Shown in pieces: positions 10,315 to 20,651 of a stretch of 64,000 nt of DNA. The stretch comes from a virus. Its lineage: Duplodnaviria > Caudoviricetes. The notes beneath the pieces were generated by a model, which had not been told where the DNA came from, made no database searches, and saw only the letters and a list, made by a program, of their open reading frames with translations. The stretch spans positions 128,001 to 192,000 of IMG/VR virus record IMGVR_UViG_3300032123_000052. The stretch is one strand, 5' to 3'. The first letter of the stretch is position 1. Each line of letters begins with the position of its first letter. The position numbers and the translations under genes are program-made.

Positions 10315-10671
10315 TCACCAATTGCCCTTTTCTATTGGTAGTGTGAATTTAATCTGGGCACTTTCCGCCTTACGATAGTTTAATGGTATCGGGGCTTTTG
10401 ATAGGGCTATTATCGCAAGCTCTACTGACATCATATTGTCTCCATATGTATCCCAGAAGAATCCTTGTTTAGGCCCGCATGAATACCTTAAAAATGTACC
10501 CTTATGCTTATTTGGATATTTAACTACAACGGTTGGTTTTGTGTCAGCATTAGGATATGGCGGCATGTAATCAGGAATTATTTCACACTCTTTATGCCAC
10601 CTCTGATCCAGAAGTAATTCGATCAGCTTTTTTATGCTGAATTCAGGAATATTAATTGGTTCAATATTCAT
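10315..10671 (-). CDS. Hypothetical protein
   Basis: ORF track; GGAGG RBS. Confidence 0.65.
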   Translation of the reverse strand: MNIEPINIPEFSIKKLIELLLDQRWHKECEIIPDYMPPYPNADTKPTVVVKYPNKHKGTFLRYSCGPKQGFFWDTYGDNMMSVELAIIALSKAPIPLNYRKAESAQIKFTLPIEKGNW

Positions 10672-10704
10672 TGATTTTACCCTCCATTTTGTTAATATTA
10701 TACT

Positions 10705-11148
10705 TTATGCGCGTGGAACGCTCACAGTGCCAAGTATATTTACATCATTGTAAGGCCACGGCTCTTTACAATTTGTTTGAGTAAACCAGTCATGAAGAGG
10801 TTTGTTTGAGAAGGCCTCCTGTTCAGCATTAACAAACGCCTGCCATTCAGGGTCAGTTTTCTCATTCATAGCGTTTGTAATTCTGTCATAATGGTCTTTA
10901 TCAATAAGATTTGCATGCACCTCGTCTGACTCACCCCACATTAACAGATACCCTTCTTTAAAATTTATCACACTGCCCACTTGGTTTTTTTTATTTAGGG
11001 CCTTATTTGCTGATTCTTTTAAACACTCAAGAGTATTTTCGGCTTCTTCAACTTCTGCATCCATTCCCTCTTTTTTAAGATTGGTGATCAATTTTTCTGC
11101 TTCTTCAATCTTCTTTGCGATGTAGCTTAGATCTGTTACTTTTGACAT
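10705..11148 (-). CDS. Hypothetical protein with N-terminal coiled coil
   Basis: ORF track. Confidence 0.65.
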   Translation of the reverse strand: MSKVTDLSYIAKKIEEAEKLITNLKKEGMDAEVEEAENTLECLKESANKALNKKNQVGSVINFKEGYLLMWGESDEVHANLIDKDHYDRITNAMNEKTDPEWQAFVNAEQEAFSNKPLHDWFTQTNCKEPWPYNDVNILGTVSVPRA

Positions 11149-11320
11149 AGGTATCCCTTCTTAATTAAACGTTAATACCGTGGCTGCGATTATAAATCTC
11201 ACTTTTCGTTTTCCATAATAGTTTATAAATATTCCAAATTTATTCTGCTAACATGGACAAATCTGCTGTTTAAACAGACAATATTGCAATAGTTTACCCT
11301 ACATAATAGTTATGCCAGCT

Positions 11321-11701
11321 TTATCCATAAGATAACCAGCTCTTAAGTTCAGGCTCAACATTCATACCACCAAGATTTTCCATTAATTCAGAGCGCGTAC
11401 TGATAAACAAATCGTCCTTATCAAATAAAAAGTACGAACCTTCATCTAAACTATCTTGACTGTAGCATTCGCCATAATAGAATAATTCTACATTTATCTC
11501 TTTATGGCGAATTGTTAGTTTTAAATCCTCACACCCCATTGCTAATTCATCAAGTATATCTAAAACAGTTTTATCTTTATCATTCCATCCTTTTTTACCA
11601 AATCGATCAACAAGCATCTCTTTTGTAATATTGAATGCATTTATAGAATCTTCATTAATTTGGATAACATATCCAAAGTTAGTAATAAAATCACTGCTCA
11701 T
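11321..11701 (-). CDS. Hypothetical protein
   Basis: ORF track; GGAGG RBS. Confidence 0.65.
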   Translation of the reverse strand: MSSDFITNFGYVIQINEDSINAFNITKEMLVDRFGKKGWNDKDKTVLDILDELAMGCEDLKLTIRHKEINVELFYYGECYSQDSLDEGSYFLFDKDDLFISTRSELMENLGGMNVEPELKSWLSYG

Positions 11702-12101
11702 AAAACCTCCTTATAATTTGTTGCCTGTTCCAGGCATATTGAATATTCTTAGAATCAAAGAACTCTCGGTATTCGTTAAAAAGATGCGTCGAGATGATAC
11801 ACTTTAGCACAACATCGCCATGAGCCCAATGTAAATTAAAAAACTTAATTCTTCCCAAAAAGAAGAATGGAACCTTACGCTCTACTGTTGATAACATTGC
11901 CATTATGCAGAACTCATCTTCCATTATCATAATCGCCTCTACCTGCCTCTTAGGCTCATTTGGGAGATATCTATGTATGTGACCTTCCAGAAGCCCTTTT
12001 GTTATATTCAACACCATTACATCATCATTGTTTTTTAAATATATACTCACATCATAATAGTCCATCCAAATCCTCCCTATTCCCTCACAAGAAAATACCA
12101 A
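11691..12101 (-). CDS. Hypothetical protein
   Basis: ORF track. Confidence 0.55.
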   Translation of the reverse strand: MVFSCEGIGRIWMDYYDVSIYLKNNDDVMVLNITKGLLEGHIHRYLPNEPKRQVEAIMIMEDEFCIMAMLSTVERKVPFFFLGRIKFFNLHWAHGDVVLKCIISTHLFNEYREFFDSKNIQYAWNRQQIIRRFYEQ

Positions 12102-12147
12102 GGGCAGGCAGTTTGTGCCAGCCCCTGGTTTTGAGACATAGTGACAC

Positions 12148-12918
12148 CTATTCTACATTCAGCATATGTTCGGAAATTGTATCACCAACAGTTATTGCAT
12201 TGAAACCTTTCAGCTCATGCGAAGCGATAAATGTTAATGCAGAATACAGGCCGAACAGCGTTGCCTGTTCGGTAGCAAGACGAGCGATTACATTGCCCCA
12301 TTTGCTGTGTGGAATCTTTGTATTTTGATAAGCATTGACGATATGGCCGGAATTAAGCTCAATATTGGAAAGCTCCTGAATTCGTGGAGCAACCCTTATG
12401 AGATTGTCAGCGCCGGTCGAGATATTCTCAATAGCATCATCAATCTGCCATGAATCAGCATCATTGTGATAAATAGCAAAATAACCAAACCGTTTGCGTG
12501 AAACAAACTGGTTGGTGCATGCGTAATCACAGGCAAACATTTCCATACCGAATTTTCCACTGCCGTCGTATGCATTGCGCATCATCATTCCAAGATGCAA
12601 CTGGTGGATATCACTATCCTGACCACCAACCACAACCTGGGTAATGGGTGCTTCTGTAATGAAATAATGCGCATACCTCTTACCGTCCCATAGAACTTTC
12701 AGTTCTTTCCATTCATATGGTGAGCGACTCATTATGTTGTCTCCAACATCTTTGGCAATTGAGTTTTTGATAAGCTGCCATCCCGCATGCTGAATACCAG
12801 CTAATCGCCAATCTCCATCGTCATCTTTGACTCGTACGCCTACTTTTGCGACTTCATCTCCGCCAACCTCGACGGGCTCCTGTACCACTTCCGCGAACGG
12901 ATCGCTGAACTTTGCCAT
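12148..12918 (-). CDS. DUF932/DUF945-like phage protein
   Basis: NAYDGSG...CTNQ resembles the family motif NxxDGS...CxN. Confidence 0.6.
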   Translation of the reverse strand: MAKFSDPFAEVVQEPVEVGGDEVAKVGVRVKDDDGDWRLAGIQHAGWQLIKNSIAKDVGDNIMSRSPYEWKELKVLWDGKRYAHYFITEAPITQVVVGGQDSDIHQLHLGMMMRNAYDGSGKFGMEMFACDYACTNQFVSRKRFGYFAIYHNDADSWQIDDAIENISTGADNLIRVAPRIQELSNIELNSGHIVNAYQNTKIPHSKWGNVIARLATEQATLFGLYSALTFIASHELKGFNAITVGDTISEHMLNVE

Positions 12919-13025
12919 GCATAGCCTTTCTGTTAAAAATATTAATAACTAGTGTACACATTATAGTAATTCCAGAATAGTTGATTTGATAACAGCTAAA
13001 AAAAACACAGACCACTCTGCGCTTT

Positions 13026-13559
13026 CTAACCATCTGGAATGCCTAACCAGAGCATCGTAACATCAGACAGGTTGGGTAATTTTAATATATCTTCGATCCT
13101 CATAAACAGCTGCTTGTTGTGTTTGTGGGGTTCTTTATTCTCAAGAGTTCCAATGTATTCCAATGCCTCAAAGACATGACTGTGCGTATTGACTATTACA
13201 TTGTTCTTTTTATATACAAACATTCTGTCTTTTAGAAATACAGTTTTGGTTATAATCAAACCTGTCTCTTCAAACATTTCCTTACTTATTGTTTCCTTGA
13301 GAGAACTTTCCGGCACCACTTTACCAGCAGGAATAGTCCACTTGCCGATCTTGACATGCTTCTGCATTAAAACTTCATTGTTTTTATTTTTAATAACGAC
13401 AGCAACGCCCGAATGGTCCTTCAGGTCTTCTTTGGTATACAGCGCGCTGTACGATTCTCTATGTATCATAATGACTCCAGTATTGTTACACCTCTGTTGT
13501 TTTTGGGTAAAAAAAAGCGCAATACCACTTGCGCTTCTTTCCAGAATAGTTGAAAACAT
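13026..13559 (-). CDS. NUDIX hydrolase
   Basis: Nudix box AGKVVPESSLKETISKEMFEETGL; the real start is probably MIHRE. Confidence 0.85.
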   Translation of the reverse strand: MFSTILERSASGIALFFTQKQQRCNNTGVIMIHRESYSALYTKEDLKDHSGVAVVIKNKNNEVLMQKHVKIGKWTIPAGKVVPESSLKETISKEMFEETGLIITKTVFLKDRMFVYKKNNVIVNTHSHVFEALEYIGTLENKEPHKHNKQLFMRIEDILKLPNLSDVTMLWLGIPDG

Positions 13560-14173
13560 TAAACCGTCGAATAATTATACACTATAGTCTTACTGTGTAC
13601 ATTTGGGTTCAACCCAGATTCTATAACAGGTTTATTTGGCTCACCAAGCAGCCTTTTCGCAACTTTTTCATAATACCTCTTATCATAATTGTTGCTTTTA
13701 CTACGAATATCCAGCCAATCTGAAACGACAGATATCGCATTGTCCTCGTCGACAGTTTTAAAGGTGTGGCTGGTAAAGGATTCGCTAAACTCTTCCCGGT
13801 TCATAAACTCAATCTCTGCACCATTAAGCACATTTTCTATCTTTTTCAGATCATCAACTGACATCGCTGACCATGGGCCGCTCATATTCGCCCCGGTACT
13901 TGTAAGCACATCGCCTCTCTCAGGATACCGCTGAAAGATACAGAATATTTCAGGATATTCTTTAGGGGCTTTCATAAAAGAAGCGTTCTGAACTACCCAC
14001 AACAAACCTGTGACAAAGAACATGCGACCATTCTGATCAATTCCCCAACACGCCTTCTTTGGCATTGTTGACCACCTGTCAAGATATCCAGTGCTTCCTG
14101 TTTGTGGGGCGTCAACCTTTGGAATATCGAGTGTATCAATTAACTTTTTTAATTCTTTAATTGTAGCACGCAT
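13559..14173 (-). CDS. Hypothetical protein
   Basis: ORF track; GGAGG RBS. Confidence 0.65.
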   Translation of the reverse strand: MRATIKELKKLIDTLDIPKVDAPQTGSTGYLDRWSTMPKKACWGIDQNGRMFFVTGLLWVVQNASFMKAPKEYPEIFCIFQRYPERGDVLTSTGANMSGPWSAMSVDDLKKIENVLNGAEIEFMNREEFSESFTSHTFKTVDEDNAISVVSDWLDIRSKSNNYDKRYYEKVAKRLLGEPNKPVIESGLNPNVHSKTIVYNYSTV

Positions 14174-14418
14174 ACCATCCTCCTATTAAATTAATTATTT
14201 GGTTTTTTAGTTATTTGGGCTTCAGCCATATCTCTCATTTCTTTAATAATTTCATACGTTTTAATATTAGTAATAGCTTTGTCACATTTGAGCATGAGGA
14301 CACAGGTGTGACATGCGTTAAATCCATTGAGTATAAAGTTTAATGAACACACACTACTATTTGCTCCATGTTTAAACGTCATTTTCGAATCAGGCATACA
14401 ATCTCCAGGTTAATGTTT

Positions 14419-14658
14419 TTAGTATTTCTTAATAACCTCCACATCATAATGATCAAGATATTTATCTATTAATTTGTTAACAACAAAGTTTAGGCTGAGC
14501 GGCCTTTTCAGAATTAATTTTTTAATATTTCCAGCAGAAGCTTCTGCAAGCATACCAATATTGTCAAGCTTGAATTCTTTAATAAGTTGGTTCTGTATCA
14601 TCTCACTAATCATGTTCAGGTTTTTAGAATCAATCTTTTGTTTTTCTTTGTTAAGCAT
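14419..14658 (-). CDS. Hypothetical protein
   Basis: ORF track; AGGAGG RBS. Confidence 0.6.
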   Translation of the reverse strand: MLNKEKQKIDSKNLNMISEMIQNQLIKEFKLDNIGMLAEASAGNIKKLILKRPLSLNFVVNKLIDKYLDHYDVEVIKKY

Positions 14659-14682
14659 ATACTTCCTCCTAAAATTTTATAG

Positions 14683-14755
14683 TACTTCCGGTAGGATTCG
14701 AACCTACGACCCCCTGCTTAAATGGCAGGTGCTCTACCAACTAAGCTACGGAAGT
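14683..14755 (-). tRNA. tRNA-Lys(UUU) with A33
   Basis: Full cloverleaf: ACTTCCG/CGGAAGT acceptor, GCTT/GAGC D stem, CCTGC-CATTTAA-GCAGG anticodon arm, GTAGG-TTCGAAT-CCTAC T arm; no CCA encoded. Confidence 0.9.
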
Positions 14756-14882
14756 ATATAAAAGTTTAATAAACATAACCATTCTATTGTTACACAAAGG
14801 GTTGGTGGCGCCTTTCAGCAACCACCGCACCTTTCCTGTATTTTATGTATCTGTGACAATATCAATAAGACCACCATCGGCG

Positions 14883-15503
14883 TTATCGAGCATTGTTCTT
14901 CGATTTTGTGGCTTTCTTCTTGGTTGTCTTTTTCTTTGCTGTCTTTTTCACCTTGGTATTTTTCTCATCAGGATCATCGCCACCAGGCAATATCCCAGCC
15001 TGTACGAGTTCACCCTTTTTCTGCTCGAGAACCTCATCGGGAATATCCAGATTCTCTATGAATGTGGCGAGGAAGCTTTTTCCCATCTTGGCCATTATTT
15101 CAGAACGGTCCTCAACAGCATCTTCGACATAATCACTTATCGACTCGCCACAATTCGTCGATAATTCAGCCATTACATGACCGACGTTTGGTTGTTTTTC
15201 ATAAGCGTCAGTAAGCTCTTGAACTGCTTCAAAGAGTTCTATACACTTATTATAAGTGTGCTCAGCAGGGCCGGCAAGATCAGCGACTATCGTCGCAACC
15301 TCGTCAGCATTCTCGTGAAGTGTTGCTTCCATAGCATCAACACCAGCCCCCATGGCTTTGAAAATATCTGAATACATCATCCCAAATTGATTTATTATCC
15401 CAGTAAGTTCTCTGAGATTGATTTTCTGGATACGGCTTTTAACAACCTTTTTGACGATAAGTTTTTTTACTGATCCAAATAGGTTAATCATAAAATCCTC
15501 CAA
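14883..15503 (-). CDS. Hypothetical protein with Lys-rich (histone-like) C-terminal tail
   Basis: ORF track; C-terminal KKTAKKKTTKKKATK. Confidence 0.7.
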   Translation of the reverse strand: MEDFMINLFGSVKKLIVKKVVKSRIQKINLRELTGIINQFGMMYSDIFKAMGAGVDAMEATLHENADEVATIVADLAGPAEHTYNKCIELFEAVQELTDAYEKQPNVGHVMAELSTNCGESISDYVEDAVEDRSEIMAKMGKSFLATFIENLDIPDEVLEQKKGELVQAGILPGGDDPDEKNTKVKKTAKKKTTKKKATKSKNNAR

Positions 15504-15756
15504 AGATATGCGCCAAAGCGTAGCGCGTTTATAAATGAAATTCCATCAGCAATTAAACCGCCACGATTTTTCATTATCTCAATGATTTTATTATCACCGA
15601 AATTGTCATCATGATAATGGCGGCGCAAACCGTAATGATACCCCTGAAAATATTTGGTATCACTATGTTGCATGATCCATTTTATACCTCATGTTAAATG
15701 TTGCATTTTACATTTCGCAAATGTCAAGCATTTTCTTTTCTGTCGGCCAGTCGTTT

Positions 15757-16137
15757 TCATAAAGGCCATTCCTGAAATAATGCTATGGAATTTGCGTAAT
15801 ATTGTGTGCCGTCATGAGTGGCACACTTTTTCAATAATGCCCATCCCCACAGACGATTTGCCTGAAAGGAATAATATGTTTTTGTTATTTGAGGGTTTGT
15901 CCCTGTCTTTTCCACGTCCTCAAAAATGAACAACATCTCCATCTGGGTTTTTATCGCTTCGTGAACAGATGGGGAAATTCTAATAAGTTTTCCCTCATTT
16001 GCTCTCTCTTTTAATGTTAATTCGATGTATTTTTCAAAATCGTCATCGTTAAGTGATTTTCTTGATTTTTTCCAGTCGCTTATCGTTGCCGCGTCGGTTC
16101 TGAGTTTCGCAAGTACTTCCAATCTTGTGTGTTTCAT
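15757..16137 (-). CDS. Hypothetical protein
   Basis: ORF track; AGGAG RBS. Confidence 0.65.
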   Translation of the reverse strand: MKHTRLEVLAKLRTDAATISDWKKSRKSLNDDDFEKYIELTLKERANEGKLIRISPSVHEAIKTQMEMLFIFEDVEKTGTNPQITKTYYSFQANRLWGWALLKKCATHDGTQYYANSIALFQEWPL

Positions 16138-16717
16138 TTACAATCTCCTGTTAATTGTTTTTTACATTTCGCAATTGCGAACACAATTATTCTTTCCGAC
16201 TCTTATTATCTGAGAACTATTTTCATATAACAGTTGAATGATATAGCTGCCCAATATTTCATCCAATGTTAATTTTTTAATGTTAACTGACTCAACCATT
16301 TCCAAAAAATCACCGTTTTTATAAACTGAAAACGTGCCTTCGTCATTTATTTTAATTTCTATCATTCTCCACCTCCTGTTAATTGTTTTCGTTTTCGCCT
16401 CTCGCCGGCCTCTCAACCTGGGGCGCTATCCTGTTTGCCGGGGATTCGCCTCGGCACGTGGTTAATTATTTAATTCGTTTTCTCCATTTTCTCTGCACGT
16501 CTCTATCCATCCAGTTGAAGAGACAATAGTCAGCAGGAATCGGATCCCCTGCATATATTTTCCGAGGTTCATTGTTTTGAATTTTTTAATATCCGTTAAT
16601 GATAATTATTTCTCTTACAATATACTTATACCAGATTCCGAGACTTTCTAACACCCTGATGGCTAAAAAAAAGCTCAACTCATAGTCAAGCGACGCAACC
16701 TCTTAGCGCGTCATCAA

Positions 16718-17494
16718 TTATAGAGATAGAGCTTCTTCTGGTATACTGATGGGAAGTGTTGGTTTTTCTATCCGCACACACGGTGCGTTAATTACATCCG
16801 CAAATGATTTCATATTATTAATATCTATATCAGGACTATGCCACTGAACGGGCTTAATCATTTCTGGGGACAGAAAGGTTTTTGCAATAAATACGTTACC
16901 AAAATCCTCGAGCACAACTACACCAGACACTATGTTGAGATGGTAATGGTTCTCAATTTTTCCATATTCAAATGGAGAACCAATTATCATCATTGATAAG
17001 ACATCTACTGTGGTTGGGAAAGAGCCGGCAATTGCCTTTATCCTATCCATAATAAATTCGTACACAATAGGATCAACACGCTCTTCAAATCGCTCAAGAC
17101 AATGTTCGGTATAGAAAATATTACCACACGCTTTGTGATAATTTGCACCGAACAACCTGCCATGATCTGTAACAGTAAATACTCGATCAAGATTGGTTTT
17201 GAACTGTATGTGATAATTGCCTTTTAGTTTGAAATTAGTCATATTGACCCATTTTCCGTATTTTTTACGAATTCGTATAGCAACATATTCTTTTATTTTT
17301 TTCTCTTTACGTTTACTAATCCGTTTCTTGGCAAAGGTTTTGCCAAGCGTTTTATTACACGCCTCGCTGAAGATAAGATTCATCATCGCATCATTGTATT
17401 TCTCGAGGGAAACAGTTTCAAAGTGTTCGTTCAACAGGGCAAGATAAACCTGCTCCTGCTCTTTATTTCTTGTGATAGAGCTTTTTCTTTCCAT
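16718..17494 (-). CDS. Hypothetical protein
   Basis: 258-aa ORF on the local coding strand. Confidence 0.7.
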   Translation of the reverse strand: MERKSSITRNKEQEQVYLALLNEHFETVSLEKYNDAMMNLIFSEACNKTLGKTFAKKRISKRKEKKIKEYVAIRIRKKYGKWVNMTNFKLKGNYHIQFKTNLDRVFTVTDHGRLFGANYHKACGNIFYTEHCLERFEERVDPIVYEFIMDRIKAIAGSFPTTVDVLSMMIIGSPFEYGKIENHYHLNIVSGVVVLEDFGNVFIAKTFLSPEMIKPVQWHSPDIDINNMKSFADVINAPCVRIEKPTLPISIPEEALSL

Positions 17495-17693
17495 TTATTT
17501 ACTTTCGCACCCCTTTTGGTTAAAGTAAGGAAAGCCTCGCCCGAGTCTCGGGTGAAACAAAACGTCCGGTAGTGAAGTTGCAGCCGCACCAACCGGAAGA
17601 CGCATGCCTTTTAAGGCGAGGCAGTCCTAATTTTTAGTCCAGAAAAGCTACATCCTATTTTTGTATTGTTGTAATATTTTAAAATATTTATAA

Positions 17694-18602
17694 TCACTCC
17701 ACCTTATATTTTTTACTTACTACTTCAGATAGCTCGGGACCCTTCCAGTACGGAAGTATCCAGATTCTTTTCCGCAATAAATACCCTTTCCCGTACGCCT
17801 GATTAGTCCAATGTCCACGAACAATAAAGCGCTTATCAATTGTGCGACCAGTCTTCTCGCTGTGAATAGATATATATCTCTTCGGCGGTCGAAGCAGAAT
17901 GAATTCGCTTCTTACCTTATTCTTCTTACCACCCAGTTTGTATTGAACGCAATGTCTGGATTCTGTTTCGGCGGGAACTCTGGTCGAATCATTGATATAC
18001 ATTATTGTGTTGAAAAAGATATTTACTGCACGTTGGGCCTCAGGAAGCGTTACCACACCCCGATTCTTAACTCTTGGTGCAACTTTACACGCCGTCTTAA
18101 TAGTTTCATTATTGCGAAGATTAACCCACATATGGTCGAGCCCGTAATCACCTAAACCTGGAGACAGGCCTGAAATTGACACGTCCCAATCTACGCTATC
18201 GCGCACTTCTCCATCTCTTGTTATTATCATTGTATCAACAGCAGTGCTAATTGCAGATCTGTCAATAAACAGTAGTGCGTAAACACTCGCGTCTTCATTT
18301 TCCCTCATATCGACTTTGTACAATGGCTTCTCACCCTCTATTAGAAAAGTCTTAAATGGGTATTTAAAATCAGAAGGTTTGATATCAAGAGGAACATCAG
18401 TTAGCGCAAATGCATCAATAAGCTCTTTCGATAACCTGAATGTTTTGGCGCCATTGTCAAGCCACACCTGCAACTTTGCATATAACGTAGAAAACTCATA
18501 AATAATACTCATTGCGTAGTTACTCATACTTTGGGATGTTGTTTTTTTTTTCATTGATAACACAAGAGCTTTTGTCTCCTCCATTCTCTTAAATATATTC
18601 AT
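17694..18602 (-). CDS. Conserved phage hypothetical protein (VRGHW motif)
   Basis: C-terminal FIVRGHWTNQAYG...WILPYWKGP, a motif I recognise from phage proteins; GGAGG RBS. Confidence 0.7.
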   Translation of the reverse strand: MNIFKRMEETKALVLSMKKKTTSQSMSNYAMSIIYEFSTLYAKLQVWLDNGAKTFRLSKELIDAFALTDVPLDIKPSDFKYPFKTFLIEGEKPLYKVDMRENEDASVYALLFIDRSAISTAVDTMIITRDGEVRDSVDWDVSISGLSPGLGDYGLDHMWVNLRNNETIKTACKVAPRVKNRGVVTLPEAQRAVNIFFNTIMYINDSTRVPAETESRHCVQYKLGGKKNKVRSEFILLRPPKRYISIHSEKTGRTIDKRFIVRGHWTNQAYGKGYLLRKRIWILPYWKGPELSEVVSKKYKVE

Positions 18603-19096
18603 ATTATCCTCCTAATTAAAAAAGGCGCCTTTAAAGCGCCATTGTGTGGGCAAGGTTTATCATGAATAACACTATGACGATACATACCCAGAATAAAATC
18701 TTCCACTTCATGCTACCCTCCTTAAATAATGGCGGCCAGGATCCATAGGCCAGACATACCTAAAACATAAGTATGGCTACCCTACTTATCAACCAGCCGC
18801 CGTACCCGTATTTCTACGAGTCCAATAAGTGCGAAAATTCAGAATCGTCGTCTATTGATACTTCCTGCCGATACGATGTTTGTACATCGTTGCCAAATTG
18901 GTCCTCAAAATTATTCTCTGGAAAATAGAAATAATTATCTTTCTTCTGAATCCTATCTTCCGGATCTTGCAAATCTTCAAAGAGTGACACGCATCCTCCT
19001 ATTAATAAAAAAATTATACTTATCCGTTAACATTATTGTTATACCATGAATATAAAAATAATCACACCAATTTGCTACACTTTCATTCTTTTTTTT

Positions 19097-19717
19097 CTAC
19101 GATCGATTTAGAGGAAAATACCCTTGTTTTATCAGCATTTTCTTAACAAGTTGTAATTCAACACGATATGCGTCACGATCATCGTGGTGCTTCTTCTCGA
19201 ATTCTCTTACATACTTTCTCGCCTCCTTAATATTCTTTGCCACGAAATAGAAATAACCGTTCAGATAGTTACTGTAAACATTTTTGTAGATATATATGAA
19301 TATCTGTTTCGCCTGTTGTGGTTTGAGCTTCCTCTTCTTGTCTATACGTGCTTTAAAATCTTCTGGAGCTTCGACACCTTCAGTTGGTTCAAGCAGTTCA
19401 GGTTTATAATCTCTCGATCCGGAATGATCTTTTGGATTTTCCATCATCTGTAATGGCCCACCAAACCAGCTAAATACCACCATCCCATCATTAGCTTTAA
19501 ATACATCAACATTACCAATGCAGTCGCTAGATCTTGGAACTTTACTGAGCCAATCAATTGCCATTTGCTGGAACTCAACCTTGCTGGCGTCCATTACAAA
19601 CCCCAATTGGTCCTTTTCCATCGGTTTGTTTAAAAGACCTACTGATTGTGGTGATGATTGAATTCCCAACACACCTTTGTAAACAAACACTTGTGTTTTC
19701 ACATTTACCCCTTTCAT
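19097..19717 (-). CDS. Hypothetical protein
   Basis: ORF track. Confidence 0.6.
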   Translation of the reverse strand: MKGVNVKTQVFVYKGVLGIQSSPQSVGLLNKPMEKDQLGFVMDASKVEFQQMAIDWLSKVPRSSDCIGNVDVFKANDGMVVFSWFGGPLQMMENPKDHSGSRDYKPELLEPTEGVEAPEDFKARIDKKRKLKPQQAKQIFIYIYKNVYSNYLNGYFYFVAKNIKEARKYVREFEKKHHDDRDAYRVELQLVKKMLIKQGYFPLNRS

Positions 19718-19795
19718 GTTAGTTAAAAAAAAGGAATCAAGCCTGTACAGCGCTCAATTCCTGATCTTGTCGTAAATATAGCCGGGACAATCAAT

Positions 19796-19915
19796 TTACT
19801 GCTCGTCAGTCTTCTTTTCTTTCTTAGTTCTCTTTTTGAAGATTTTCGGAGCAAAAATAGTACCCAACACGCCAACAGCAACGCTACCAGCATATTTTAA
19901 GATCTCCTTAACCAT
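19796..19915 (-). CDS. 39-aa membrane-associated peptide (not in the ORF track)
   Basis: MVKEILKYAGSVAVGVLGTIFAPKIFKKRTKKEKKTDEQ; has its own promoter motif (19969-19996) and a downstream hairpin plus T8. Confidence 0.55.
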   Translation of the reverse strand: MVKEILKYAGSVAVGVLGTIFAPKIFKKRTKKEKKTDEQ

Positions 19916-20237
19916 AATGGAGCCCCTTTCTCCCCACAGTAGTGAGGACTGTTTGTGTCTACATTATACTTATACCAGATAATGCAGAATAATCACGATT
20001 TTTTTTTGATAGTTAAATGAAATCTGACACATTTCTTCCATTGACTTTTCACTACTCTCCTACTACTCTTGCTTCTTTCGTTTTACTATACTACTCTTCA
20101 CTCGTTCTTCCGTTTTCGTTACTTCGTTTGCGGCTTATGTGTGCTCCATGCCAGTTGCCCGGCTGGAGCTACAAACTCCATTACTATATTTATACCAGAT
20201 TATGTGCCAAAATCACACAACTTGCAACCAAATTTAT

Positions 20238-20639
20238 TTACATATCTTCCAGCATCTTTTCCAGCGTCACTTTATCCATATCTTTGAGAGCGCCGACCTT
20301 CTTCTCATGAAGAATCTCCAATATTTGCTCTTTCTTAGCTTTGGTAGCAGCGGCCTTCTCAACCCTGGCGGCAACATCGATCTTATAATCTATCACACGC
20401 CTTACGATACCGAGACTAACCTTAGCATCTGTATTTTCAACAGTCTGCTTAACAACATAGGATTCTTCATCAGCACTGTTCTTCAGTGCCTTATTCAAAC
20501 CCTTCTCAATATAATCGAGAGAAATTCCATCATTTTCAAAAGTCAGTGGCAGGTCCCAAAGGTCTTCAGTCGTAAGATTACCAATTCTTGTTCCAAACCT
20601 TAATTTCTTGCGACTGGCATATTCGAATAGCTCAACCAT
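20238..20639 (-). CDS. Conserved large-phage hypothetical protein
   Basis: FEYASRKKLRF...LTTEDLWDLPL, recognised as typically paired with the upstream 671-aa gene. Confidence 0.75.
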   Translation of the reverse strand: MVELFEYASRKKLRFGTRIGNLTTEDLWDLPLTFENDGISLDYIEKGLNKALKNSADEESYVVKQTVENTDAKVSLGIVRRVIDYKIDVAARVEKAAATKAKKEQILEILHEKKVGALKDMDKVTLEKMLEDM

Positions 20640-20651
20640 GAAAAACTCCTT

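Noticed and set aside
16397-16463. GC-rich hairpin region containing GGCAAAC, reminiscent of a c-di-GMP-I riboswitch
   Set aside because: Lacks the GAAA tetraloop/receptor and the GCAAAG junction.
20030-20135. Purine-rich tract with three GAGTAGT copies on the minus strand
   Set aside because: Low complexity, no consistent period or structure; function cannot be supported.
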